Shown here in pieces: positions 62,509 to 64,000 of a DNA stretch of 64,000 nucleotides. Under the pieces are notes generated by a model, which saw only the letters and a list, made by a program, of their open reading frames with translations, ran no database searches and was not told the origin of the DNA. A program made the position numbers and the translations under genes. Each line of letters opens with the position of its first letter. Within the stretch, counting starts at the first letter, position 1. The stretch is from Macrostomum hystrix (taxonomy: Eukaryota > Animalia > Platyhelminthes): assembly GCA_950097015.1 (NCBI GenBank), contig CATNEN010000001.1, forward strand, positions 1,116,001 through 1,180,000, given 5' to 3'.

Positions 62509-64000
62509 CTAAATAAGAAAATATATGATCAATCAGAAGCAGTTGGAAATTTAAATTTAATTATTTTACCAAATTAACCAAGTAAAAACCTTTTTTTACT
62601 TCTGGTTTTTCATTGACTATATGTTGACTCATTTAGCAAAGCCAAAATTTGTGAATCTCTGGTTGAAAAAATCAGAGCATGCATAGCAAGAACAATAATA
62701 TTGAAGGAAAACCATAAGTAAAAAAATAAAATAAAAGCTTGAGAAATCAATAATATTACATGAAAATATGAAAATTTGAAGGAATATTAGAAATCTAGAA
62801 GAGAGTAGAATTCAATATCACAATGACAATAATATAAATATATAAATAAATATATATACGCGAATTCAAATCCATTTGAAAAATAATATCGCAAAGGAAA
62901 CCTCAACATTGCCAAGTATACATATATATAGGCCCAAGCTAGCATATATATAACCTAATAATAGGCAGTCAGGAATGAGGCATATATGTTGACCAGTTTA
63001 TTCTAGCTTAAACAAGGCCCTAAGAACTCCTATTATTGTGGCCACAAGCAATTTTTGGCTGAACTGGCTTGAGGCTGAAATGGTTGTGGCCAAAAATTAT
63101 TATGGCAGAAACAACCAGTTCCTGGTCAAGACCGACTAAGATGTAGGCCCTACAATTGGGTCAACCTAATGTGGCTGCAGTCTCCAAACAAAGTATTGTA
63201 ACGAAATATTTTAGCATAGCTTTCTTCTTATTTCCTTTTTATTAAATTAAGGACTTTATAAAGCCTATGTTAAACAGAGCAAAAGTAGCTTCAACCAGTT
63301 TGCTTAATCTGCATAAACAGCATAGACATAGTTGGTAACTTAGTAGTACTAGTAGCTAGGTCTACAAAAACCAGTAACTGAGTTAGGCTACTTACAGCAG
63401 GAAAACGTGCTGAAAATTTGCCTCGCTTTAGAGGCATTTTGTCTGTTTAATTAGAGCCCTTGAACTGATATAAATAAGTTAGAAATATACTAATTCAACT
63501 TGGCCCTAACACACACTTATTTTGATAATAAACAATACGAATTAGCGTTTCGAGTCTTGTTTCAATTTCTACCTTTTCCAGAACGATGGAAAGGTATAAA
63601 TTAGAAACAACACAGATTTACTGTCTTGCAAGTTAACTAATAAGAAGCTATTTTGACATTTCAAGCTTTTTTTAATTGACTAAAAGCTGAGTAAAGTGAA
63701 TTCTTGAGAACGAGACCAGATCATATGTATAGATCAATATGACTTAAATTACACATTATAAGAAAAGGCAGCAGTATGAATTATAACAAATTGCAAGGTG
63801 TTTAAAATTCGCTATTGATATTAAGACTAGGCAGTTTCAAATAGGCAACAAATTTTATATTTGACGCATAATAATACTTCACATGGATGACACCTAGCAT
63901 AGAAAAAAATTTGGATCTCATAGTTTTACAGTTTTCTAACCTGGCACACTCTCAATGAAAAAGCAGATATCTAAAGACGAGACAGTTCAATTTGTCGTAT

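Overview
Eukaryotic (animal) genomic DNA with spliceosomal introns. The density of intronic minisatellites, tRNA-derived SINEs and an RTE-type LINE relic suggests a free-living flatworm such as Macrostomum (inference only). Conserved genes reconstructed by hand: a cation-type nicotinic acetylcholine receptor alpha subunit (+, 5517-18830, first exon not found), RNA polymerase III subunit RPC2/POLR3B (+, 9 exons, 1132 aa, one GC-AG intron), a ZNF423/ZNF521/Oaz-like zinc-finger gene with an N-terminal RRKQxxP motif (+), the nAChR chaperone NACHO/TMEM35 (-) and NC2-alpha/DRAP1 (-). Most long ORFs in the supplied track are translations of tandem repeats. The most unusual part is an accessory block at about 20-33 kb. 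It holds an intronless stand-alone Fic-domain gene with an intact HPYRDGNGRVAR motif, an upstream full-length paralogue whose Fic motif has decayed (pseudo-Fic), and a frameshifted partial Fic duplication after the active gene's stop codon. The same block has a two-exon H-box/NC (LRAT/PPPDE-like) membrane protein, a small orphan ORF with a myristoylation-type N-terminus between two GATC-rich arrays, and a disrupted C-type lectin gene. The Fic/pseudo-Fic pair is the best candidate for an undescribed system (enzyme plus pseudo-enzyme regulator, or toxin-antidote), but its function is inference.
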